DNA of 52,377 nt, the filler included, from Circinaria calcarea (Eukaryota), in NCBI GenBank assembly GCA_051942165.1. It is 2 parts of 2 records of this genome, joined end to end, with 100 filler letters (N's around TTAATTAATTAA, not from the genome) between each part and the next. Parts side by side here need not be neighbours in the genome. Positions count along the whole stretch, not along the records: positions 26,295 to 52,377 come from JAVECS010000085.1; 1 more part is not named here. One strand, 5' to 3'. Positions within the stretch are counted from its first letter, which is position 1, and each line of letters begins with the position of its first letter. Positions 40,071-52,377 of the stretch are shown piece by piece. Under the pieces are notes generated by a model. That model was not told the origin of the DNA. It ran no database searches and saw nothing but the letters and a program-made list of their open reading frames with translations. Position numbers and translations under genes: made by a program.

Positions 40071-41210
40071 TCAGTTGGTCCTCTTTGAAGTTAGCCATCC
40101 CGTGCTTAGGATGCCAGGATCTCCCATTGCAGATCGCCATTGGATTGTGAGCATTCCAAGGACTGTCCGACCATCTTTGGTAAGCTCCTTTTTCGAAAAC
40201 TCCGTGTGCTGCTCTAGTTTTTTTTGTTCTTCAACAAGAAACGCTACTTGTGTAATATCTTGTGGCGCTAGTTTAGGAAGGTGAGGAACAGTTTGATCCG
40301 GAAAAGCAATGTCCCAGTTGAGGGATCTCGAATTAAACGGAGCCTTGGCGTCAAAAGTAAGTCCGTCGAGAGTGATTAAACCATCAGTGAGGTTCTCGAT
40401 CTGCGCCTCGAGCGCGTATCGAGATGACCTGAGAGCCTGCGGTTTATCCTTGCCCGCTTCAATCGACGGTAGTTCAGAGGCCTTGGTACGTACGCTGAGA
40501 CAAGGGCGGGCAATGAATTGGTAAAGCTTCCTAAAAGTCCTAACCCTTCCACTAGAGGCCGAGTTTTCCGCTTTCGAGATTGTATTCTCCGAATAGCTGA
40601 GGCTTACCGATAGAACATGGTTGCCATCTTCACGCAAGTCAAACCGTACGATCTTCTGCATCGTCGCTCTAGGGGCCAATCCGGATCTAGAGAAGTCGTC
40701 ATCTTCAGGGGAAAGCTCAAGGACCGCGGTCTGGGATGGGGTTTGCATTTCTGCCGTAAATTTCGCAGAAGTAATCATACGATCCGAATTTGGAGGAAGC
40801 TCATTGTTTGCACAAAGAGTACAAGAAAAAGTCTCCCCTACGTATGCGGATCCAAATGCCGGTGGTAGCATAAGCTGCGCATCTTAATTAGCATAACCTA
40901 AAATCAATATAGTTACCCAGCCTGGCATACCACCGGACTAAATATGAAACCATCATCATAGCCCGCAACTGGTAAGCTGAGGGCGGCTTTTGGATTGACG
41001 GAGTAAGCGGGGCTTTGCTGCGGCGGCAAAGGATACTGTCGAGATAGGGACGGCCTTGAGAGGCTTCGCAATTTCAGCCTAGGGCAATCGGCATCGCAGT
41101 GGTCGACTTACCGTAAGACTGACTGCTATCAGTTCCATACATTAAGTACCAGGTTATGGAGGTTTGTTACCTTTGAGAGACAATGAGTGCGGCTCTTTGG
41201 GAGTCTCCAT
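40071..41210 (-). CDS. TRAPPC13: Trafficking protein particle complex subunit 13 (DUF974 family)
   Basis: Spliced N-terminus KEPHSLSLKVLRLSRPSL. Motifs LPPAFGSAYVGETFSCTLCANNE, RTFRKLYQF, LEAQIEN and GMLTIQWRSAMGDPGILST. Confidence 0.88.
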
Positions 41211-41457
41211 CCTTCGGGACGCTTGGCTCTCCTCGACTGGATCACGCTCCTTGTTTAACCAAAGTGACGAGTACAATCGGATATATCAGTACAACTACCT
41301 CGACGACTCGAACTTTTGGGTTTCTCATCTCAGTGTTTATGAATATGTCTCGGACTTGTAATGCTAGTCTAGCTTTTGTTACTTGATATAAGCGAGACAA
41401 GCGACGTCGACCCTGCAGCTGTTTTGTTTTTGAGTACATGTGGCAGTAGCAGAGAAC

Positions 41458-42086
41458 ATGGTATCTGCATCTTCACGTTTAGGATCAGCAGATCTTCTGC
41501 TAGAACGATGTCCTGGTTTAATCATGCAATTCGACACTCCTAAAGGTTGCTATCGTAATTAAAAACGGGTGGCCCCCGCATTCATAAAATGGAACTTTTT
41601 CTTAATTTGTCACTGATACAACCACGCCAGGTCGAGGAATTTTTGCATCGGCGAGCATCCCATCAAAGACTGTAATCGAAGTCTGTCCAGTCATGGTGCT
41701 ACCTCCTGGAGACGTCAGGGCCATCACGACTACTCAGCTTGATCACTATACCTAGTAAGTCTGCAATGGCTCCGACGATTGCCAGCTCTGAGATTGATAT
41801 TGGTAGCAACTGGCCCTTCCGGGATCCAAAGACCAGAAGGCGGGTAACCACTCAAGCGGTGGTACTCGGACTTGGCTCAATGTTCAATCACTCTAGCCGT
41901 AACCAGAACGTGGGCTGGGAGCGGAATCTAGGATCGCAGTCCATGACATATAAAGCTCTACGAGACATAGAAATGGGGGAGGAGCTATGTATTAGCTATG
42001 GAAAACTTTGGTTTGTTGATGCGGATGCAGCCGAAGACGTTTGCGAAGATGGATTAGATGCTCTCAATCAAATTAAGCTGCCATAA
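41458..42086 (+). CDS. Small SET-domain protein lysine methyltransferase
   Basis: Spliced KGRGIFA...VIEVCPV...LDHYTYNW...LGLGSMFNHS...ALRDIEMGEELCISYG. Two introns. Confidence 0.88.
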
Positions 42087-42521
42087 ATGACACTGTCAGG
42101 TATTTATAACACTACTACCTCAGTAGACGATATTCCTGCGTTGGTAGGAAGAGTCCAGCAATTCTGCCAAGTAATTCTCAACAGGTACATCCTCTTATCG
42201 AGCGGGCCTTACCCTCATTTAGGGCCTATCCATCACGTGATAAATGCAGGTTTCGCGACGGTATGACGTCACACTCTTGATAAATCGACGAACAAAGCCC
42301 TAAGAACATGGTAGAAGGCAATGCATCCTCCATGTAGTGTAAGAACACGTATCATAACGAGATTTTCTTGCGTTTGTTACGGCTGATCATTTCTATGATT
42401 TGAATTCTGTGCTGTGGTGCTAGTCGCCTTGATAATTTATAGCTACAGAGTTCTCAAGAATAGAAGTCATTGACATCTAGACTGATGCACTGTCTTCAAG
42501 CAGCTTCTGAGCGAGAAGACA

Positions 42522-43772
42522 ATGGTCATAAAATCTTCTTCCAAAGTTACCAAGACCTCAACACCAACAACACCGATCAAGAAGCGTCTACGAAATGCTA
42601 TAGCAACTCCCGCAGCTGAAACTGACGGTGGCAAATCGGCAGTAGTTGACCTTACGCAGGAAGAGGAGGACGAGGACGAGTTCGTTACCAAATCCAGAAA
42701 AAAGAGAAAAGTTGCATCGCCATGCAAGGACAAAGATGTAGAGAAGCGATTGAGAACGTTCCGCAGTCATCCTCCGAAAACATATCTCGACAAGCTGAGC
42801 CGAGCTCAGGGACAGAGGTACGGTCTTTCTGATATACATTGGTGGATAGCTCGGTACTGAATCAGCATCAAAAAGGATGTTTGTCCTCGATCGAGCCCGT
42901 GGCGGTACCGACGATGTTCCTGAAGAAACAATCGAGATGGCAGGTTCGACGGGGAACATCTACAGTGTTTCCATCAATCAGCTGCCCAGCTGCACATGTC
43001 CGGATAACCAGAAAGGAAACCAATGCAAGCATATCATCTACGTATGACCGGACAGGGCTCTCTAATGTACGATGAGCTAACTTTGCGATAAGGTATTACA
43101 TAATGTCCTGAAAGCCCCAGAGCATCTACAATACCAACTCGCTTTTCTCTCCTCGGTAAGCTCTTCACACCAAAACATTAATTCACTCCCTAAACTCAGC
43201 TAACAAAAGCTCCCAGGAACTCCGCGAGATCTTCTCCCTCGCCCCCCTCCCGGCCTCCGCCCAAGCTTCCGCCACAGACTCAGACCCCGAGCTCCCTTCC
43301 AATCGCAAACCTATCGAAGGCGACTGCCCCATCTGCTTCACGGAATTCGCTCCCGAAACCGAAGATATCGTCTGGTGCAAAGCCGCCTGCGGCAACAACA
43401 TCCACAAGGGTTGTTTCGAGCAATGGGCGACGAGTCAAAGGGGCAAGGAGGTCCGATGCGTTTACTGGTAAGCTCGTGCATCTCTACCTGATCGGGAAAA
43501 GGGACTAGGACACTAATTTAAACCCAGTCGAACCCTATGGCAAGGCGATGAGGATTCCATCAAGAAGATCAAGGCGAAAGGGCAGGTGAATGAGGAGGGA
43601 TACGTCAATGTGGCCGGGGAGCTGGGGCTGTCGGGTACGAGAGGTAGGTTTTCCCCTTTTTTCCCTTTTCCCCCCGTTTCCAGCAGGGACCTGTTTCTGA
43701 CTGGCAGTTTCCTAAGCAGATTACTCGACGTACCATCAGCCGTGGGTACGACGGAATTTCGGATATTACTAG
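42522..43772 (+). CDS. SWIM zinc finger + RING finger protein (putative E3 ligase)
   Basis: GSTGNIYSV..PSCTCPD..GNQCKHIIYV (SWIM) and CPICF..WCKAACGNNIHKGCFEQW..CVYCR (RING). Ends DYSTYHQPWVRRNFGYY*. About 6 exons. Confidence 0.88.
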
Positions 43773-44366
43773 CGCTTGGAATCGAGAAACGGTCCAGCGT
43801 TACGGTTTGCAGACGGGGTGGTCTACGGTGTCTCGGCTATTGCAATCTTAATGGCTTTCCCTTTGTCCAAGATACCCAGCTCCTTCTGCTTTTCGCTTTT
43901 GCGCATTTGGGCGTTGAAATCGCCCCTTGTTTAGGGATGGAGCTCTCATTTGGAGCTTCTAGCTATCAAGCTTTCGTCCACAAGCCGTTCAGCTTGAAGA
44001 TTTTCCGACCAACTGGGCTAAAATCCAAGAAAAGGACCCCACGCAATCCAAACCGGTCCGCACCAAGGTAGTTTCCACCCTGATATTTGCATCTCTCAGA
44101 GGGAAAAAAATAAATTAAAAAAGGTATCATATCTCCCACCGGCCTATCCTTCTCCCCTACCCCCTATCCCCTTTCCCTATTACCTAAAAACCCAACATCG
44201 AAGTTCCAACAAGAAAAAAATCCCTTAAAATCGCTAGGTCCCCAAATCCCCAAGGTTCCCAAAGTCCCATTGGCCAAATTGAGAACGAAATAGCTCCCCC
44301 CCCCCCCCAAAGAAACCCTTCCGCATCCAACTTGTGGCCACCCCCCGTTTTTTGCCTCCTCCGAAA

Positions 44367-46270
44367 TCATTCGGACCCGTACCCACACCGACCTAGCACA
44401 AAGTCCCTGACGAAGGCGAAGGCGGCCGCGGGCTGGTCCGAGGGAACCATGTGGCCGGCGGAGAGGAAGCGGTGGTAGGTGAGGTTGCGCTGTGTGTGTT
44501 CGGGGTAGGGTTAGGATTTGGATTGGGGTTGGGAGATGAGAGGTGGAAAAAGAGGAAAGGGGAATGGCATACCTCAGCGCCCCAGTTCCCCGCGACCTCG
44601 CCGTCGACGATAAAGGGTTTGTTGGGGGGGGACTGGAAGCCTTGGTGGCCGTTCCTGTGTGTCAAAGTCTGCCGTTAGGGTTGAAGAGTATGAGATAGGG
44701 GAGAGGGGAGAGTGGAGAAGGGAGAAGGGGGGTTTCTCCTGTTCTTACCATGTCATGTTCTGAATCACCAACTCCGTGCCCACGTGATTGATCAGGAAAT
44801 CGTAGTCGCCCGAATAAATGTGCACACCGATGCCTTGGTCCAGTATCCTCGGGATGATCGAGTAAGCCGGCGGAGTCACGACCTCCACGCCCAGAGTCGC
44901 CTGGACGGTCGCGTTGCAGACGGTGAAGTTTTTTGGGGGTGCGTGGAGGGCGGTACGGACTGCGGGCTTGTTGAGCCAGTTTTGGACGGGTACTGGGTTG
45001 GGGTGGTTGGCGCAGGAGGAGTTGATGTTGTAGACGTTGAAACTGGTGGGGGTTAGGATGGGTTTGCGAGATACTGAAGAGGCCCACCGGGAGTGTTCTT
45101 GGCAAGTTGGATTACTTACCATTGATGGTTTGCTAGCAGGTAATTGAGTGCGGTGGTAAATGTGGCGCAGGGTCCGAAGCATGGACCGTAGATGGACTCA
45201 TTGATTGCCGCCGGAGTGGTTGGGGCTGATAGCACATTGCAGCTCGAATCGTTACTTGCGCCTTCTTGTCGCCTGCTCAAGGCAGAGTTTTGGCCCTCTG
45301 GGTTGCCAGGTATGACGATGGGGCCCGGCGACGGGGGATAAGTCATATGACCGAGGACTTCGGTAAAGCCACATTGATTATCAGCTTGACTGAAAGCGGA
45401 TAGAATATCTTGAGGGATATCCAATATCTGTTCTTGCCGGTGCAGGTATGTGTCCACAACGACATCGGACATGGCTGCGGCATTCCCAAACGTCGGGTTC
45501 CCCAAGGTAATGGATTTGAGATTCATGGGTAATTCCGCCTTGTTTTCAAGTATATCCTGCGCAAAGTAGGGGATCTGTACGGATGGTTTAGTTATTGCTC
45601 TTGATTCTGAGCATGCCTCCTCGTTACCCGCATTGGGGCATAGCTTGACATCCTATACTTACATATATGCCCGCATACGATTCACCCATGATGTAAGTAT
45701 TCTTTGACTTGAGTGTAGGGAACACAGCGTAGAAGGCCTTCAGCCATTGATAGAATGCTTGCGTGACTTGGGCATTGTCGGTGGCATCAGCACTACCGGT
45801 GGAGAAACCGGTCCCGACTGGCTGATCGATATAGAGAATATTGGCCAGCTTTGTCCAGGAGTAGCGATTATATGCTGGCTTAGTCGCATTTTCCAGGAAG
45901 CGTAGAGGTCCATTTTCACTCATAGCTCCTTGAAGCGAAGAGCATCCAGGACCGCCGTTCAGCCAAACTAGGCACACATTAGTAAAACCCTTACAGGGAG
46001 ATACCACAGTTCCGTACTTATCAGGTCTTCAGAACGTGCCCCCTTCTCGGCCTCGAATAACCAGAAGAAGAGGGCATCATTCTCCGTTCCAGGAATAGGA
46101 ATTTCGCCAGCCCAGCTGAAGGGCAGTTTGTAGGTAATGTCTGGGAGAAAACCAACAGCATACTTGGTAATGTTAGGACCAAAAGGCACAGCACAGTCTG
46201 TAAGAGCAGAGGAATAATTTGCTAAGAAAGCCGCAGCAATAGACAACCAGACTATATACAGACTCGTCAT
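44367..46270 (-). CDS. Secreted serine carboxypeptidase (peptidase S10)
   Basis: Signal peptide, WLNGGPGCSS, YIDQPVGTGFS, catalytic GESYAG, YSGDYD and AGHMVP. About 6 exons. Confidence 0.93.
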
Positions 46271-47103
46271 AGTGGTGACTGTCGTGTTATAATAACACCA
46301 GAAGCTCGATTTCAACTGTTCGGTGGTAGTATGAATGGTGTTATGCAGGCAATCCAAGTGGAATGGACGAGCGCGATCACTCACCCACCGATCCGTTCGC
46401 TTAACAGGGCGTGTCTCAAAAGCTAACAGAGAATATTTAAGGGGTTCTCAAACGCTGTAAAAGAAAGTCCGGTATCGGCAGTATCATTACCATTCTCCGT
46501 ATTGAATTCCCCTGCCAAAGAATGACTTATTTTTGGAGAGGCCCGTACAGAATAGCAAAAGACTGTTTCGGGACCATGCGGTGAGGATTGGTCACGTAGT
46601 ACAGTGTGAACATATGGAATGGGGTACATGCGAGATGTCTCGGGTTCAATGCACAAGCTGTCTTGCGGAAATCTTAACTAGTCAATTGTTGTGAGATCTT
46701 TCAAAATATCCCTTTAGAAACATAACTCTATAATTAACAAGGACAATGACAATGACAAGGAAACTCCTTATACACACATGTTGCTCATCGGCAATGAGCC
46801 TTGCACACTAGCCACATTTTCCTGTTGAAATGTCTGTTATGATCATTGGTAAGACTTCTATAGTTAGCACCAAAAAGTCGTTTGGAAGACACTCATTCAG
46901 CTCTTGTTGTTCAAGGAAGATTGTGCCGTTCCTCCTTTGCTAGAAGAACATCAGTACGGTAAGTTACAAAGCCCTCTCGCCAGGAGCTCTGTAGCTTTCA
47001 GCCATCAACAAATCTCGAGCCTCAGATCAGGCCACAGTCGATCGTCAATGGAGCAGAAAGAATTTCTAATCACACAATCTATAGCCTTACATAAAGTACC
47101 TAC

Positions 47104-47406
47104 CTACTTGCTGCTCGTCGGGCGGGTCGGGATGCTTGTAAGGCTCATCCCCGTTGGAGCTAGGCCTTCCTTAGTCAGCATCCACCCACAAGAATCCGCT
47201 GAAATCCCCAATCTGTCTTCCCTTCTCCATTTATTGTCCACGTCCTCAACATACCCTTGACCTAGAGGAAAACCATCAATCTCTAGTGCACATTCCCGAG
47301 TAGACGGAGAACGGCTTGAGCCTTTCATAATCCTGACCATCTGCCCCCGGGGGAGGCTCTCGGAGCCTTCCTTGAAAATGGGTTGGTTAGGTTCGCTTTC
47401 TGGCAT
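47104..47406 (-). CDS. Hypothetical protein (100-aa ORF, 3' end uncertain)
   Basis: ATG-initiated ORF ending at a possible GTAGGT donor. No recognised domain. Confidence 0.25.
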   Translation of the reverse strand: MPESEPNQPIFKEGSESLPRGQMVRIMKGSSRSPSTRECALEIDGFPLGQGYVEDVDNKWRREDRLGISADSCGWMLTKEGLAPTGMSLTSIPTRPTSSK

Positions 47407-47886
47407 ACATGCGTGCTTTTGGTTTCAGCGGGGCGAGGTGGGAACGGTCGCCCTAAGAAGGTGAATGTGTGAAAGGGAGCAATGTCCATTCTGTTACCTA
47501 CATGTATGATTATCTATCTGGAGCCTCTTATTTCTATGGGGCAGATGTCAATGCACGAAGGTTATCATGTTCTCCTTGTATGCACCTCCCTTAGCGGAGT
47601 ATATGCTGCCACCAACTATCTATCATCACACCTCAACCTACTGACCGCTATTCATTCCGTAACTGTAGCTTATTAGGCTGATGGATACACGACCCCGCTT
47701 TAAAGCTACGAGGTCCTTGGTATTGTTCCAGCTCTCGGACGGTCCTTCCCTTCCGCGCAAATGCAAAACATAACAGCGATAATGAAGCGAGCGGTCTATT
47801 AGAAGGCCAACATACCCAGCGAGTACCATACCGGTGGCAGATTTCAGAATCAGCCCCCAAGCATTAATGCTATTTGATAATGGACC

Positions 47887-48150
47887 TCAGGTCGTCCATG
47901 ACCGGCCTGATCTTGAGACGATACCCGTTGAATATCTGTCGGCTTTCAGCTCTCTATAAGCACTGACCACGGAGAAAAGGAAACTTACTTTAACCCAGGT
48001 CCTCGAGCGGAAATTTCAAGCTAGCAAACACAAAGTTAGAGTTTCTGGAATTTGTAGAAAAAGGAAGTGGATATATGCGCTGGCATGTCTTACAGTCCTG
48101 GTCATAATCGCGCGGTTTTCGGCAGGTGATAAGGAAGCCGAAGAACCCAT
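47887..48150 (-). CDS. Candidate 45-aa spliced micro-ORF
   Basis: Exons 48150-48094, 48020-47989 and 47935-47887 joined by introns GTAAGA..CTAAC..TAG and GTAAGT..CAG give MGSSASLSPAENRAIMTRTLEISARGPGLKYSTGIVSRSGRSWTT*. Confidence 0.3.
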
Positions 48151-49749
48151 AAGCCAGCTTCAGAGCCCCCTCTAGGAATACCAATATACCGGTGAAATCA
48201 GAAGAATGGAACCAATGACAGCATCTGGTCCTTTTATCAAATCATGGGGGCCGACATTCGACATGACCGGGCGTCCAGAATGGCTCTTGGCAGCCAGGCG
48301 GCAGCTTGGGAGTAGAGGATTGCATGGATGGGTTATCGCTCACCGCAGTTTTCTATCCAAATATGTTGGAAAGCTCAAAGGGGTAGTGGTCTATCTGTTT
48401 ACCTCGCTACGGCTACGGGCTCGGGAGCCCCTCGTTCCGAACAGCCTGGAATAGTAAGTACTCGGCTGCTGCAATTGTAACTCATTGATCTGACGCCAGC
48501 GTGGTTAGTGTCGGGTGTTTAATGTAAATAAAGCAGGCCAGCTATCAAGCGTAAGTGGCGCCAACTAACGCCTCTGCAAAATCGGTTCAATAGAGCAGCA
48601 CTATCCCTAACAGTAGCAGTCTCCAAATCTCAAGTATACCAGGCACATACCCTCGGACCTTGTTCATGTAGGGTAATCATAGTGGACCGAAAGGGTATGT
48701 CCAGGCACTTGACTGACCGGTGTTCTGTGTGACTATTCGTGCTCAGGCAATAGATTATATGCTCTGGTTAACGTAAGTCGTATTCTTGAGTATACCAGGG
48801 ATATCTCAGAAGAGTGCAGGGACGTCACTCAGCTGCAATCGGTATGACAGTTTGAAACAATCGCAAAGAACGCCACCATATTATCCTGCTTCATGGTACA
48901 CTTTGGTCTGCGTAGCTCAGACTGCTTATCAAAATGTTAACCGCCATAAAATGAATTACCTTTCCTGATTGCTGCGAACTCTGTCTAATCAGCAAGACAA
49001 AGATTGAGCCACCGAAATACTTTTTAGAGGAACAATCATGGGGACTTCGCCGAAGTGTGGTTTTTAGCAATCGAGTACGAAGCTTTAAACTCTCGATCAT
49101 CTAATCCAGGCCCGAGAGAGAACAAGCTCACACAGAAACGACCGCTATCAGTAACTTCATCTACTTAGACCCGCGCACGATGTTATATTAGGGCCTGGGC
49201 ACGCACTACTCGGTTATAGGATTGGTGTGATACCTTTTGCTAGAATAGCTTGGACACCTGTACAAGGTGTATGGCTGGAGAATTTATTGCTCTTAGTTAC
49301 CTATTAGTATGTGTTCGGTGATGTGGTACTTGACGAGCAACAGACGCAAAGTTGATTTAGGCAATTTGGCGTTGCATTCTACGGCTTGGGTAAATGGTGT
49401 TCTTTAAGAATTCCCAAAGTTCCTGGAATACGGAGTATGGTGGGAATGAAAGGCATGGAGTAGAAATTATAAACTGTTGATGATCACCCGTTTCCAAAGT
49501 GCATCAGCGAACCTTCAAGATTGTAGTACATATGGCGAACGCGATAAACGCTAGCAACGATATCTCCTTGGCTTTTCAAGCGATCGGGCGGGTAACCCCC
49601 ACAAGACCGGCAAGCTTAGACGCGGAAGCTTAGACGCTAGTAAGGGACCGGCCGGGAGTTAGCTTGCAAGGCCAAACTGTCGCTTAGTCCATGTTCGATG
49701 AAACGGTCTGTCCAATTGCTATTGTTTGACAACGCCTCTTCCTCTTATC

Positions 49750-51836
49750 ATGTCCAGCACGAATACTCCAGATCCCATACAGTCTTCTTCGGCAGGTATA
49801 TGATGCTCCTCTTCGTCAAAACTCACCAATCTCTTGTACAGTCAATGGGAATGCCGAGGCTAATTGGATTACGTGGACAATAGGAACGAAAAGCAAAAAA
49901 CATAAAAGGAGGAAAGGAGGCGGTAAGGGCAAGGAAAATGGGAATACTGAAAAGCTCAATGGTACCAGTGGGGAAGCAGAGCATGACCAAGATGAAGCCG
50001 AGGTCGGAGAGCCCCGAATACTCGCAGAGCCAGAGCAACCCCCAGACACGCAGGAAGAACCGGAGCCCAATGGACTTCGGGAAGTCATTAGCAACGGTGT
50101 TTCCCCAGGTTCTGACTTGGCCCACGCACCAGGAATGCCAATTGAAGAGAAGGAGTTGCCCAAGGCCGTTGAGAACCTGCCAGGTTATCGATCGCGAAAG
50201 ACCTCCATGGCCGGTAAGGAGGTACAACCTGAGCCCTTGAAGAGCCCACAGGCAAATCGATCGCGTAAGCCTACGATGGTGGACGAAATACAGAAGAACG
50301 GATTTTCATCCACCTCGGCTGATGACACCGAGACCCGGTTAGATGCATTGGCGAGAGAACGTGCCGCATTAAGAGATGAAGTTACTCAACTCAGGAAAGC
50401 CTTGCAAGACATACAGGGGAAGCATGAAGAAGAGCTAAGTAGCTTCAGGGAGCAGCTGGAAGACACGCAAGGGGAAAAGGAACATGCAGAATCACAATAC
50501 GGGAATTTACTTGGTAAAGTTAATCAGATCAAGTCACAACTCGGAGAGCGATTAAAGGCATATGCCGTAGGCATAACACCGCAAGCTTGTTGTGCGGTCT
50601 CAGCTAATACTAAGACAGGACGACTTGGCTCAAGCAAGAAGTCATATTGAGGAACTCGAGGAACAAAAAAGGGATATGCAGGAGCAGAATACCTCTCGTG
50701 AAGCCGAGCTTGCACAGCTTGCTGAAGTAGCAGAGCAAAGATCCAAGGAACTCTCAAGCCTGCGTAATCGGATGAACCTTTCCCAGCAGAACTGGACCAA
50801 GGAACGAGACGATCTCATACAAAGAGAGGCATATGCAAGAGAGGAGTTTGATGGTGCAAAGCAGGCTATGTCTGACTGGGAAGTTCTAGCTATGGAGGAA
50901 AGGTCTATCAGAGAAGGCCTTGTGGAAAGAGTTGCCGATTTGGAGGAACAAGTCTCGAATCACCGAACGGCCCACGAGAAGGCCGCAGCGGAGCGAGACC
51001 TTCAATCCCTGACAGTGGACGGTCTACAGCGAGCTTTACAAGAGATCCAAGAAGGTTGGTCAGAGGCATGCAACCAGTCACGAAGCTAACAAAGGTGTGT
51101 AGCTCGGAAGCGTGAGTTACGGGAAGTGGTCGAGAACTCGCAAGCACAAATCGAAAGTTTGCAGAAGCAACTGCAAGAAGTCCAAGTTGAGGCCGCCGAG
51201 TCCAAGAATGCATTGGAGTTAGCGAAAACAGAAATCGAGAGGACCCTGCCATTCGAAATGGAAGTCAGAGAGAAGAATTTATTGATTGGCAAACTTCGTC
51301 ACGAAGCGGTCATCTTGAACGATCACTTGACCAAGGCTTTGCGCTACTTGAAGAAAGGAAAACCCGAAGATAATATCGACAAGTTGGTGTTTGTAGACTG
51401 TGGTATTCTTGACTCTAGGACTAACTCATCGTAGGCAACTAGTCACGAATCATTTTCTTCACTTCCTCGCCCTTGAACGGGCGGATCCCAAGAAGTTTCA
51501 AATCCTTCAAATCATTGCAGCCTTACTGGGCTGGACCGACGGTATTAGCCTCACCGAAAGAAATCATAGACGAGATTGCTGATTCTCTTAGATCAACGTG
51601 AGCAAGCGGGTCTTGCCCGGCCTGGCGCATCAAACCCCAATCTCCGAACACCTATATCACCCTGGCATCGCACTCCAAGTACTCCAGCCCTGTCATCGGA
51701 GTTCTTTCCCGACAGCGGAGGCAGAAAAGAGTCGTTAGCGGGGCTGTGGTCTGATTTCCTAGAGCAAGAAGCACAGGAGGGAGCGAGGTCATCAAGGTCA
51801 CCCAGCATATCGAGCTTGGTGAAACCACCGTCGTAG
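49750..51836 (+). CDS. RUD3: Golgin with GRAB domain (Rud3/GMAP-210 family)
   Basis: Long coiled coil (YGNLLGKVNQIKSQLGERLK, WEVLAMEERS, KNLLIGKLRHEAVILNDHLTKALR) and GRAB region EDNID..LVTNHFLHFL..KKFQILQIIAALLGWTDDQREQAGL. About 6 exons. Confidence 0.85.
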
Positions 51837-52337
51837 CCGTGAAAGGAAGGGTTCACGCTTCAATCGTTTTAGCAATTGCCTATCAACGGTAGAGCAGTGT
51901 CAGTGGCGCGCAGAAGCGATAGCACAAAGACAACATTCATCAAAGACGTCCGAGCATCATCTCCAACTGAGCTCTGTTTACATAGTCTCTAGCCTTTTTC
52001 AAGTAACGCCCCTATGGAACACGGTCGTATATAAAGTCAAAGTTTAGTAGTGCTTCTGAGCGAAAGCCGAAAGCTTCGCTAAGCAGAGCTCGGAATTAGC
52101 TGCGGTCTTGTAACCCGGAAACTTGCTTCTAGCGCGTTGCCGCATTGGAATTTAGGGTTCAGCGAAGCATGTGATGATTCTCTCGCTAGAAGACCCCCCC
52201 TTTTTCGGTCCCCACCCCCCATGAAAGTTACAGTCCCCCATGCTCTGCGCACGTCAACAGCTACCATCCCCCGTCTACCCCTCCTCCACAGCCTCTCGCG
52301 CTCTCTAAGCCTCAATTCCCCAATCCGCTCGCTCGCA

Positions 52338-52377
52338 ATGGCTCCTACCGGTATGCTCCCAGTCCTTGTATTTATAG
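52338..52377 (+). CDS. Possible first exon (MAPT) and start of an intron of a gene running off the window
   Basis: CAATGGCTCCTACCG|GTATGC following a pyrimidine-rich 5' region. Confidence 0.4.
   Translation, partial: MAPTGMLPVLVFI

Noticed and set aside
44502..44533. GGGTAGGGTTAGGATTTGGATTGGGGTTGGG as an interstitial telomere repeat
   Set aside because: No consecutive TTAGGG units; low-complexity sequence inside a carboxypeptidase intron.

Overview
Intron-rich fungal nuclear DNA from a filamentous ascomycete (Pezizomycotina). Gene models below were spliced by hand from GT/CTRAY/AG signals. Most of the window is conserved housekeeping genes: mitochondrial ribosomal protein S13, cyclophilin B, DED1, IES1, histone H4 (3' exon only), a peroxisomal adenine nucleotide carrier, a conserved membrane protein, GET1, a PTAR1/ECM9-like prenyltransferase alpha subunit, a DENN protein, TRAPPC13, a SET protein, a SWIM/RING protein, a serine carboxypeptidase and a RUD3-type golgin. 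Between IES1 and an artificial scaffold gap (26195-26294) is a ~15 kb accessory, immunity-like island. It holds a HeLo-like/ankyrin protein without a nucleotide-binding domain, an intronless small secreted 4-Cys protein, a degenerate MITE-like element, a possible solo LTR, and an apparently intact NACHT NLR (two C2H2 fingers, ankyrins, C-terminal basic NLS-like motif) arranged head-to-head with an intact RING-containing SNF2 ATPase. That pair is the best candidate for an undescribed system. A second clear signal is an alternative 3' exon of cyclophilin B that would swap a soluble ER-retention tail (RAEL) for a membrane anchor. No database search was run; family assignments rest on recognised motifs.
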